DNA from: Verrucomicrobiales bacterium
Lineage (GTDB): Bacteria > Verrucomicrobiota > Verrucomicrobiia > Limisphaerales > JAYPEY01
DNA: 32,433 nt
Assembly (NCBI GenBank): GCA_038126655.1
Contig: JAYPGD010000006.1
Span: 1-32,433 of the forward strand
Reading direction: 5' to 3'
In this document: piece after piece, positions 21,483-29,474 of the stretch
How positions within the stretch are numbered: the first letter of the stretch is position 1
Layout: each line of letters starts with the position of its first letter
Program-made: the position numbers and the translations under genes
The notes under the pieces: model-generated
Told to the model about the DNA's origin: nothing
The model's database searches: none
Seen by the model: the letters and a program-made list of their open reading frames with translations, nothing else

Positions 21483-24451
21483 TCGACGAAAAGTTGGGGG
21501 AGGTATTTCGGATTCTCAGCGACGTCCGGGTCGTAGCCCGCGGAGCCGGCAATGATGCGGACGAGTTTCTGTCGATCGTCGGGAAACACGAACAGGGGGG
21601 AGAAAGGCAGCGGTTGGCGGACGGTGGAGTAGTCCCGGGCGGCCTGGTCGTAGCGGTAGATCAGGGCGGGACGCTTGGTCTCGCCGGCCCAACCCCAGAG
21701 TTCGCCGAGATTCATCGCGGCGTCCGCGACTGCGGTGGGTATCTTTGTGTCGGGGTCGACGTAGCCGACGAACTGGAAGCCGCCCTCCGCGGCGCGGGTG
21801 GTCAGCTTGTGCAGGAAGACGGCCTGCTTCTTGATCTCCACCTTGGACGCCTCGTTGAAATAGGCCGCCATCGGCGCGGTGAAGCGTTGGATGCGCTGCG
21901 GCACGATCCAATCGCCGGGTTGGATGTCGAGCACGCCCTGGTCGAGCAGTTTCTTGCGGAGCGGCTTCAGGGCCGGCGCCCATTGCAGGGCGAAGCTGTC
22001 CGGGCGGACATCCGTCAATTCGAAGAGACGTTGCAGCAGGTAGGCGCGAAAGACGGGGTTGGCGGTCTTGTCGCGGTGCAGGCTGTCGATGAGTTCGAGC
22101 ACGCCGGTCGTGTAGCTGGAATCGGTCCCATCGGCCAGGGCTGCTAGTCCGGTCTCGACGAACAGCTGTTTCTCCGGCGAGGGCCCCTGTTCCTCGAGGA
22201 CAAAGTCGGCTTCGGGAAACTGACGGTTCTCAAAGCGAATTTCATCAGGGGAGACCGCGGGGTCGTAGGCGTCGCCGGCGGGACGGCCGAATTTGTCCTT
22301 TTCGATTTCGCCGCGGATGTAGATCACGCGCGTGCGGTCCGGATCGGTGGTCGGTCGCTTCTTCTCCAGGATGCGGATGCGGGTCAGGGTGTTGAGGGAT
22401 TCGTCTTCGGCCAGCAGGCTGAGCGCGGCGCGTTCGGCCGCGGAAACCTGGGAGGGCGACTCGACCAGGGGAGCCTTGTTCTCGATGGTCCCGCGGATGC
22501 CGTCGTTCTTCCAGGCCAGGAGGTCGTGGATCATGTCCGGGATCTGCGGGTTGGCCGCGGTGACCTCGCGGGAGCGTCGGACGTTCTCAATCGGGGCGAA
22601 ATCGCTGGTCTGGAACTGCCGCAGGGTGGAGACGAAGTTGGGCAGGGTGTCGGGATCGGCGAGGCTCTTCTGAACCGTCTCCCAGGTTTCGATCTTGCGT
22701 TTGAATTCGTCGAATTTCCGGTTCAGGGCCTGAAAGCGGAAGGTGAGTTCGGAGGTGACCTTGAGTTCCTCGAGTTGCGGCGAGGCCAGGGCCTGGAGGA
22801 CGGGGAGATTGGCCTCGATCTCCTTCAGTCCGGCGCGGATGGCGTCTTCCCCCTTCTGGAGATCCAGTGAATCGCCAGCGATCTTCTCGACCTTGTACAG
22901 TTCCTCGCCGAAGCGCGCGCTTCGGGCCTCGCGTTCCCCGAAGAGCCAGGCTTCCCATTGATTGCGGCATTCAATGAGGCGGTCCTCGACGTCCGGCGCA
23001 AAGTCGGCCGCAACGGCCTGTTGGAGCGCCTCCGCCTCGGCGAAGTGCTTCAGATATTGCTCCGGCGAGAACTCGACGAAGCCGTCCTCGCCCTGCTGCA
23101 GGATCCAGAGGGCCTTCTCCTCGGCGAGGCGGCGGATCTTGTCTTCGCGTTCGATGAAGGAATTGGCCTTGGCGAGCGCGGCGTTGAGGCTGGGGATGGC
23201 AAGGAGGTTGACGTCGTTGGTGACGATCTGCTCGCGGAAGCGATGCGCTGCGACCGGTTGACGTTGGCGGCCGTATTGTTCCAGTTCGGCGGCGAGTTGA
23301 TTGGCCCGTCGATTGGCTCGGACGATGGTGACCGCGGCGATGGTGACGGCCATGACAATCAGGGTGACGGTCACCAACGCCAGCTTGTTCATGCGCTCCC
23401 GTTGGCGCACCTGGTAGCGGACCAACCGGAAATATTTGTCGAACTTCTCCTCGAACTCCTCGGGGACGGCGCGTTCGAAGCGCTGAAGCTCCTGCCATTT
23501 CTTGGCCAAGGCCTCGAAATCGGCTCTAAGTTCCGCCACGGGGCGTCTGCGGACGGCGAGGTATTTTTCCTCGCAGACATTGATGATGTGCTGCAGTTCG
23601 CCGAACGCCTTCTTGTAACGCCGGTCTTCCTCGGTTTCCTCGGCTCGTCGCTTGATCCATTCGCGGGCTTCCCTGAGCGCGCCGAGTTCCTTCTCGTCGA
23701 GATCGAGCTGAAACTCGGAGCGCAGCGTGTCCACGCGGTCGGCGACCTTGCGGGCGTCTTCCCAGCGGTCCTTGTCGCGGAGTTCGGCGAGTTGTCGCAA
23801 TCGGGCGCGGACGCGCACGGTTTGGGCGCGGCGCCAGAGATCGAGATCCTGGCCGGGGGAGAATTCCAACCGTTCCAGGGCCGCGAGAATTCCCAGGGTC
23901 GCGCCCTCGTCGTCTTTCTCCACGGCGGCTTCGAGCTTCTCCAGACGCGCGCGCGCAAACTTCTTTTCCAGGCGGGCGGCTTCCGCGGCGGCGTCGGCAT
24001 TGTCCGGCTTCAGCCGTCCGATCAACCTCAGGATGGCCAGGGCGCGGTCGTCGCGCCCTGACAGGATGGCCTGGCGATAGTCCCGGTAGAGCGGGTGCCC
24101 GGCGTCGATGTCCTTGGAGAATTCCTCGTTCAACGCATGGACGTGGTCGTCGTTGAAGGCCTTGGGGACCGGGTGGTCCTTGCCTTCGCAGTGCGTCCGC
24201 CATTGGCGTTCCTCGCGGAATCCGAGAACGGAGATCATGTCCAGCGCGGCCGGCGCGGCTTCGGCGAGATGGAGTCCAGCGGCGACCTGGCCGCCGCGGA
24301 TCAGCGCCACGGATTGTTCAAGACGCAGGTTGACTGCTCGGCAGACCTCCGCGTATTCGCGAGCCAGCTTGAGATCCTGGAACTGGCGTCGCGGATCGCC
24401 GAGTGAATCGACAATCTGCTGCACCAGGCGTCTGGCTTCGGCGATATCCAT
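21479..24451 (-). CDS. 990-aa bitopic protein: ~355-aa helical/charged N-domain, single TM, ~610-aa C-domain (cluster gene 2)
   Basis: ATG at 24451, 5 nt after the upstream stop. The N-terminal region is rich in Arg/Glu/Leu helices. TM LALVTVTLIVMAVTIAAVTIV covers residues ~356-377 (nt ~23321-23386). I recognise no family motif. Confidence 0.8.
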   Translation of the reverse strand: MDIAEARRLVQQIVDSLGDPRRQFQDLKLAREYAEVCRAVNLRLEQSVALIRGGQVAAGLHLAEAAPAALDMISVLGFREERQWRTHCEGKDHPVPKAFNDDHVHALNEEFSKDIDAGHPLYRDYRQAILSGRDDRALAILRLIGRLKPDNADAAAEAARLEKKFARARLEKLEAAVEKDDEGATLGILAALERLEFSPGQDLDLWRRAQTVRVRARLRQLAELRDKDRWEDARKVADRVDTLRSEFQLDLDEKELGALREAREWIKRRAEETEEDRRYKKAFGELQHIINVCEEKYLAVRRRPVAELRADFEALAKKWQELQRFERAVPEEFEEKFDKYFRLVRYQVRQRERMNKLALVTVTLIVMAVTIAAVTIVRANRRANQLAAELEQYGRQRQPVAAHRFREQIVTNDVNLLAIPSLNAALAKANSFIEREDKIRRLAEEKALWILQQGEDGFVEFSPEQYLKHFAEAEALQQAVAADFAPDVEDRLIECRNQWEAWLFGEREARSARFGEELYKVEKIAGDSLDLQKGEDAIRAGLKEIEANLPVLQALASPQLEELKVTSELTFRFQALNRKFDEFKRKIETWETVQKSLADPDTLPNFVSTLRQFQTSDFAPIENVRRSREVTAANPQIPDMIHDLLAWKNDGIRGTIENKAPLVESPSQVSAAERAALSLLAEDESLNTLTRIRILEKKRPTTDPDRTRVIYIRGEIEKDKFGRPAGDAYDPAVSPDEIRFENRQFPEADFVLEEQGPSPEKQLFVETGLAALADGTDSSYTTGVLELIDSLHRDKTANPVFRAYLLQRLFELTDVRPDSFALQWAPALKPLRKKLLDQGVLDIQPGDWIVPQRIQRFTAPMAAYFNEASKVEIKKQAVFLHKLTTRAAEGGFQFVGYVDPDTKIPTAVADAAMNLGELWGWAGETKRPALIYRYDQAARDYSTVRQPLPFSPLFVFPDDRQKLVRIIAGSAGYDPDVAENPKYLPQLFVE

Positions 24452-24456
24452 GGCAA

Positions 24457-26409
24457 TCAGGTCAGTTTCAAATCCGGCTCCATTTGCGCGAGCAGCCAGA
24501 GCAGCGGAGCGTCGACGCCGGTCGGCTCCATGCGCGCCGGATCCGGGGCAAGGCGTTCGTTGTCAATTCGTGTCGGGGAATGGCCGAATGAGCTGGCGGC
24601 GAAGTAGCGGACTTCCGAGGAAATCGATTCGGCGGCGGCGACGATCTTGGGGCAGGTCTCGCGCAGCAGGTCGCGCAGTTTGTCCGAATTGGCGTCGATG
24701 GCCTCGAGGTCGAGACGCTGGTCCGCGATGACGGGCTTCTGGTCCTGCCCGGAGAAGGCGTTCGACCAAGCGTCGTGTTTGCCGACGACCAGCGCGAGCG
24801 GGGTGTCGAGTTTGCGGTCGGGGGAAAGCTTGAGATGCCGCTGGGCGCGTAACAGCGTCTCCGCCAGCAGGGTCTCCTGCCGGTCGAGCGGCTTGCCCGC
24901 GGATTGCGGATCGACCTGGCCGTTGAGGAGTTTCCGGAAGTTGGAATTGCTGAAGGGATCGAACAGATACAGGAGTCCGGCCGCGTGCGCGATATGTTGC
25001 GTCCCGGGTGAATCGGGGGTGTCGGCGCCGGGCAGGAAGTCGGAGCCCTGGTTGTCGAAGAACGCGAGGGAGAAGGGGGCGAATGCCCGCGCGGGGGAGC
25101 TGACACGGCCAACGAAGGGGCGCGGCAATCGGACCATGCGACCGTAGCGTGAGACCGAATCGTAGGAGCCGTCGTCAACGACGGTCGGAGGGATGTGTGC
25201 TTCTTCCGGAGATCTGGCGCTGGCCAACGCGCGTTGCCGGGCGTTGATGGCTTCGTTCGATTCCGGATCCGCGTCCTGCAGGCTGATTTCGAACTCGCGG
25301 TGCAGCGTCTCCGGCAGGCTGCGGAGCAGGGCGGAGAGATAGTGGGATTTGCCCGAACCGACGTCGCCGATCAGGGGGATCATGCGCTGGGGCATTCCGA
25401 CAAATCCCGCGGGGAGTCGACGATGGCAATGCGGACAGGCAAGGTCGGGGCAGGGGAGGCTGAATTCATCGAGCGCCAATCCTTCGTCGTTGAAGCGCGT
25501 CGGCAGGAATCGTTTGGCCGCTGTTTCTCCGAGCAGCGGGTCGCCGCGCAGCGAATCATGAACTGCGATGTGCAGGATGTCTCCCGCGTCGAAACGCAGC
25601 CAGCAGGACGGGCACTGGAGCGGGCCTTGGTCGGGAAGCGCGGCGGGCGCGTCGCGCTTGAGATCCTCCCAGGTCACGTGGATCTCCTCGGTCGGTTCAG
25701 GCGCGGCCGGAGCGGCCGGCGTGGCGACCGGGATGCCGACCGGCACGGCCTCGGTTCCGTCGGATTGCGCGGGCGCCGCCGTGGGAATCGGAGGGAGATT
25801 GGATTCAGATTCCTGTTCGGAAAGGATCACCGGGGTGATCACCTCGGCGGCGGGAATGACGAATACGGTCCCGCCCTCGTCTTCCCCTTCGATATCGACG
25901 TCCGGGAAATCGTCGTCGGCAAAGGCGAAGTCATCCGACGCGGGTTTGCCGCTGCCGTCGTGGCCGAATTCATCCCAGAGATTCTGCAGATGAAACCCGG
26001 CTTTCACGCCCATGGGGCGGACGGCGGAGCGGTGGTGGCGTCGGTTCTCGCGGGCGACGCGGCAGAGGTTCAGCGCGGGCATGGGGCCGTCGCGCGCCTC
26101 GGTCATGGAGTCCTGCAGGAACCACTTGGTGTGATCCAGTCGCGAAAGCCAGGTCTCGAGATTCTTGCCGCCGCGCAGGGCGATGAAATGTCGGCCCACC
26201 TTCACTGCGTAATCCTCGCCCAGCGCGAGCTCGGTGTAGTTGACGGCCTCGCCGTTGACGAGGAGTTGGGAGCCGGGGCGCTTGTTGGTCAGGCTGACGC
26301 CGAAGCCCTTGAGCAGCTTGAGTTCGCAGTCGATCCCCTCCTCGCCGTCGCCCAGGTCCAGATCCGCGCCCGCTCCGCAGCCTATGTTTAAGGAGTTCTT
26401 GTACGCCAA
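24457..26409 (-). CDS. Divergent FHA / GYF-like / zinc-ribbon / P-loop GTPase protein (cluster gene 1)
   Basis: Residues 1-80 have an FHA-like topology (GSQLLVNGEAV...LGEDYAVKVGRHFIAL) but lack the canonical GR and SxxH residues. Residues ~95-147 are GYF-like (WFLQDSMTEARDGPMPALNL...). An acidic and then Pro-rich linker follows. CPSC...CPHC cysteine pairs are at residues 266-328. G1 is GDVGSGKS (nt 25345-25368), G3 is FFDNQG, G4 is VVGKHD and a G5-like AASS is present. The start codon is TTG at 26409 with no in-frame ATG nearby, so the start is uncertain. Confidence 0.78.
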   Translation of the reverse strand: MAYKNSLNIGCGAGADLDLGDGEEGIDCELKLLKGFGVSLTNKRPGSQLLVNGEAVNYTELALGEDYAVKVGRHFIALRGGKNLETWLSRLDHTKWFLQDSMTEARDGPMPALNLCRVARENRRHHRSAVRPMGVKAGFHLQNLWDEFGHDGSGKPASDDFAFADDDFPDVDIEGEDEGGTVFVIPAAEVITPVILSEQESESNLPPIPTAAPAQSDGTEAVPVGIPVATPAAPAAPEPTEEIHVTWEDLKRDAPAALPDQGPLQCPSCWLRFDAGDILHIAVHDSLRGDPLLGETAAKRFLPTRFNDEGLALDEFSLPCPDLACPHCHRRLPAGFVGMPQRMIPLIGDVGSGKSHYLSALLRSLPETLHREFEISLQDADPESNEAINARQRALASARSPEEAHIPPTVVDDGSYDSVSRYGRMVRLPRPFVGRVSSPARAFAPFSLAFFDNQGSDFLPGADTPDSPGTQHIAHAAGLLYLFDPFSNSNFRKLLNGQVDPQSAGKPLDRQETLLAETLLRAQRHLKLSPDRKLDTPLALVVGKHDAWSNAFSGQDQKPVIADQRLDLEAIDANSDKLRDLLRETCPKIVAAAESISSEVRYFAASSFGHSPTRIDNERLAPDPARMEPTGVDAPLLWLLAQMEPDLKLT

Positions 26410-26449
26410 GGCATGGGATCACGAAACACAGTCGTAGATGGCCCAGGCA

Positions 26450-26480
26450 ATTTTTTCAGACAACGTCGACATGAATTCAA
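26450..26480 (-). promoter_or_regulatory. Weak sigma70-like promoter candidate for the cluster
   Basis: On the minus strand, TTGAAT (26480-26475), a 19-nt spacer, then TGaAAAAAT (extended -10-like, hexamer at 26455-26450), about 40 nt upstream of the TTG start. The spacing is suboptimal and promoter rules for this lineage are unknown. Confidence 0.2.
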
Positions 26481-26684
26481 AGGCGTCTCAGCGCGGCAGG
26501 AAGGTAGAACCGAAACGGTTGCGGGGCAAGGAGAAGGAGGCGGGGCGGAATGGGTTCCGAGGGGCGGACGAACGCTCAACGTTCAAATTTAAGCTCGCAA
26601 CGTCAAACTGACCGGACCCTTGGGTTTGAAGTTGAACGCAAAGCGGTTGACGCTCGTCTTCTGCGCGGTGCGCGCCGACTTTCC

Positions 26685-28475
26685 TCAGTGATATTCCTGC
26701 ACGGTCTTCACTGAATAACCGTTTTTGCGCAGGGCGGCGATGCCTTCGGCGACGGCCTTGGCGCTGCTGAGCGTGGTCATGATCGGCGTGTTGGTGTAGA
26801 CCGCCGTCGTGCGGATCTTGACTTCGTCGGCGCGGGGCGACTGGCCTGAAGGCGTGTTGACCACGAGTTGCAGTTCGTTGTTCTTGAGGAGGTCGAGGGC
26901 ATTGGGGCGGCCTTCGGAGAGTTTCATCAACTTGCGGACCTTCAGTCCCGCTTCCTCAAGCGTCTTGGCCGTGCCGCTGGTGGAGACGATTTCGAAGCCC
27001 AGGTCCGCGAACATCTTCGCGATTTCGGCGACGTGCTGTTTGTGCATGTCGCTGACGCTGATGAAAATGCTGCCCGAATCCGGCAGCGCGGAGCCGGCGG
27101 CCATCTGGGATTTGGCGTAGGCGATGCCGGCGTCGGCGTCGAGTCCCATGACCTCGCCGGTGGAACGCATTTCGGGGGAGAGCAGGATGTCCTGGCCGTG
27201 GAAGCGGTTGAAGGGGAAGACGGATTCCTTGACCGCCCAATACTTGGGCCAGATCTCGTCGGTGAATTCCAGTTCCTTGAGCGTCTTGCCGGCCATGACC
27301 TGGGCCGCGAGTTTGGCCAGCGGGCGGCCGATGGCCTTGCTGACGAAGGGCACGGTGCGCGAGGCGCGGGGATTGACCTCCAGCACGTAGACGACATCGT
27401 CTTTCACCGCGTATTGCACATTCATCAGACCGATGACCTTGAGTTCCTTGGCCATGGCGTGCGTGTATTCGCGCAGGGTCTGGATGGTCTTCTCGGAAAG
27501 CGTGTGCGGCGGCAGCACCATGGCCGCGTCGCCGGAATGCACGCCGGCGAATTCGACATGCTCCAACATGCCGCCGACCACGATGGTCCCGTCGTCCGGA
27601 TTGTCGAACCTGCCGACGTCAGCGATGCAATCGACGTCGATCTCGGTGGCGTCTTCAAGGAACTTGTCCACGAGCACGGGGCGTTCGGGCGAGGCCTCGA
27701 CCGCGTAGCGCATGTATTCGTGCAGTTCGGAGTCGGAGTAGACGATCTGCATGGCGCGACCGCCGAGGACGAAGGAGGGGCGGACCAGCACGGGATAACC
27801 GAGGCGTTGGGCGTGTTCGATGGCCTCCTCCTCGTTCACGGCCAGGCCGTTGGGCGGCTGCGGGATCTCGAGCTTGTCGAGCATCGCGGCGAAGAGCTTG
27901 CGGTCCTCGGCGAGTTCGATGCTCTGCGGGGAGGTGCCGATGATGTTGACGCCGTTGGCCTGGAGGCCGAGCGCGAGGTTGAGCGGGGTTTGTCCGCCGA
28001 ATTGCGCGATCGCGCCCCAGCAGTTCTCGCGTTCGTAGATGTGCAGGACATCCTCCAGCGTGAGCGGTTCGAAGAACAGCTTGTCGCTGGTGTCGTAGTC
28101 GGTCGAGACGGTCTCCGGGTTGGAGTTGACCATCAGGGTCTCGAAGCCGTCGTCCTTCAACGCGAAGGCCGCGTGCACGCAGCAGTAATCGAATTCAATG
28201 CCCTGGCCGATCCGGTTGGGTCCGCCGCCGAGGATCATCACCTTCTTCTTGTCGCTCGGTGTGATCTCGTCGTCGCCGCGATCGTAGGAGGAATAGAAAT
28301 AGGGCGTGTAGGCCTCGAATTCCGCGGCGCAGGTGTCGACGAGTCGATAACTGGGCACGAGGCCGGCGGCCTTGCGTTCGGCGCGGATTTCGTCCTCGGT
28401 CCGGCCGGTCAGATGGGCGATCTGCTTGTCGGAGAATCCGAGGGATTTTGCTTTGGCTAAGAGTTCTTGATCCAT
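26685..28475 (-). CDS. carB: Carbamoyl-phosphate synthase large subunit, C-terminal half only (carbamoyl-phosphate synthetic ATP-grasp plus MGS-like allosteric domain)
   Basis: LAKAKSLGFSDKQIA (end of the oligomerisation domain), VMILGGGPNRIGQGIEFDYCCVHA, ATP-grasp motifs (VLVRPSFVLGGRAM, VLEVNPRASRTVPF) and the MGS-like tail (IFISVSD...VSTSGTAKTL). ATG at 28475 (MDQELL) preferred over the track start at 28574. There is no room upstream for the N-terminal ~500 aa. Confidence 0.9.
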   Translation of the reverse strand: MDQELLAKAKSLGFSDKQIAHLTGRTEDEIRAERKAAGLVPSYRLVDTCAAEFEAYTPYFYSSYDRGDDEITPSDKKKVMILGGGPNRIGQGIEFDYCCVHAAFALKDDGFETLMVNSNPETVSTDYDTSDKLFFEPLTLEDVLHIYERENCWGAIAQFGGQTPLNLALGLQANGVNIIGTSPQSIELAEDRKLFAAMLDKLEIPQPPNGLAVNEEEAIEHAQRLGYPVLVRPSFVLGGRAMQIVYSDSELHEYMRYAVEASPERPVLVDKFLEDATEIDVDCIADVGRFDNPDDGTIVVGGMLEHVEFAGVHSGDAAMVLPPHTLSEKTIQTLREYTHAMAKELKVIGLMNVQYAVKDDVVYVLEVNPRASRTVPFVSKAIGRPLAKLAAQVMAGKTLKELEFTDEIWPKYWAVKESVFPFNRFHGQDILLSPEMRSTGEVMGLDADAGIAYAKSQMAAGSALPDSGSIFISVSDMHKQHVAEIAKMFADLGFEIVSTSGTAKTLEEAGLKVRKLMKLSEGRPNALDLLKNNELQLVVNTPSGQSPRADEVKIRTTAVYTNTPIMTTLSSAKAVAEGIAALRKNGYSVKTVQEYH

Positions 28476-28789
28476 GGTGCCGTCAGGGGAAAAACAAACG
28501 GCGCGAAGTAAGCCTGAAAGCGGGGGAAGTGTCGAGCGCTTTGCGTTGGATCGGTCGGGTTTCGACTGATTCAAGCGGGGCGCGATTGCAACTGGGGGGA
28601 GCGCGGTTGTGTCCCGTCTTCGGGACCAGCCGCAGGGACTTGGGGATCGGATTCGCGCGCGGCCAGACCTGGACGCCGGCGCTTTGCTGCGCTGCTGCGG
28701 CTGGTCTCCGAAACAGCCGCGCTCCGTTCACCTTGCCTTGTCCCGGTTCCAATCACGTCCGTTCAAGTGTCAGTGTTTGCCGGCGCGAT

Positions 28790-29368
28790 TCAGCTCGGCA
28801 ACGGCTCGGAGACATTGATGCCGTGTTGGAGGCAGTATTGGCCGTATATGGAGTATTTGGCCGCCATGGCCGGCAGCGAGGCGATTTCCTTTTCCGTCAA
28901 TTCGCGCACGACCTTGCCGGGGGAGCCCAGGACGAGGGAGCGGGACGGAATCTTGCGGCCCATCGACACCAGGGTGTTCGCCCCGATGATGCAATGATCC
29001 CCGATCACGGCGCCGTCGAGGATGGTGGAGCCCATGCCTATCAGGCATTCGTCGCCTACGGCGCAGGCGTGCACGACGGCGCTGTGGCCGACGGTGACGC
29101 GGTCGCCGACGATGCAGGGGAAATCGTCGGAAATGTGCAGGACAGCGTTGTCCTGGATGTTGGTGTCGGAGCCGACTTCGATGCGGTTGATGTCGCCGCG
29201 CAGCACGGCGTTGTACCAGATGTTGGCCCGGTCGCCCAAGGTCACGTCGCCGACCACCACGGCGCCCCGGGCGATATAGACATCGGCGCCCAATGTCGGC
29301 GGCTTGCGGAGAAAGGCGTCCAGTCGGTCGATCACGTCGCTCATGGGGTCCGTTAAACGCGTTGGCAT
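28790..29368 (-). CDS. Gamma-carbonic-anhydrase-family / left-handed beta-helix (hexapeptide) protein
   Basis: Hexapeptide-repeat run (IARGAVVVGDVTLGDRANIWYNAVLRGDINRIEVGSDTNIQDNAVLH...VGHSAVVH) with His residues at gamma-CA-like positions. ATG at 29368 chosen; 29344 is also possible. The track start at 29380 is a TTG inside the upstream terminator T-run. Confidence 0.86.
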   Translation of the reverse strand: MPTRLTDPMSDVIDRLDAFLRKPPTLGADVYIARGAVVVGDVTLGDRANIWYNAVLRGDINRIEVGSDTNIQDNAVLHISDDFPCIVGDRVTVGHSAVVHACAVGDECLIGMGSTILDGAVIGDHCIIGANTLVSMGRKIPSRSLVLGSPGKVVRELTEKEIASLPAMAAKYSIYGQYCLQHGINVSEPLPS

Positions 29369-29378
29369 CGGGGCGGGC

Positions 29379-29430
29379 AAACAAAAAAAGAAAACGCCGC
29401 CCGCCCCGGGGGAGGGACGGACGGCGCCGC
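29379..29430 (-). terminator. Rho-independent terminator of the 29475-30029 gene
   Basis: The minus strand reads GC-rich hairpin cgccgtccgtccc-tccccc-gggcgggcggcg, followed by ttttctttttttgtttg. Confidence 0.65.
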
Positions 29431-29474
29431 GTCGCCAGACACGCAGGCTTCGCGCCTGTTTCTACTGCGGGGGG

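Noticed and set aside
16859-26409. Tol-Pal, TonB-ExbBD or flagellar stator operon.
   Set aside because: There is no TolB beta-propeller, no Pal or OmpA-like lipoprotein, no TonB C-terminal domain, no TonB-dependent receptor and no flagellar genes in or near the cluster.
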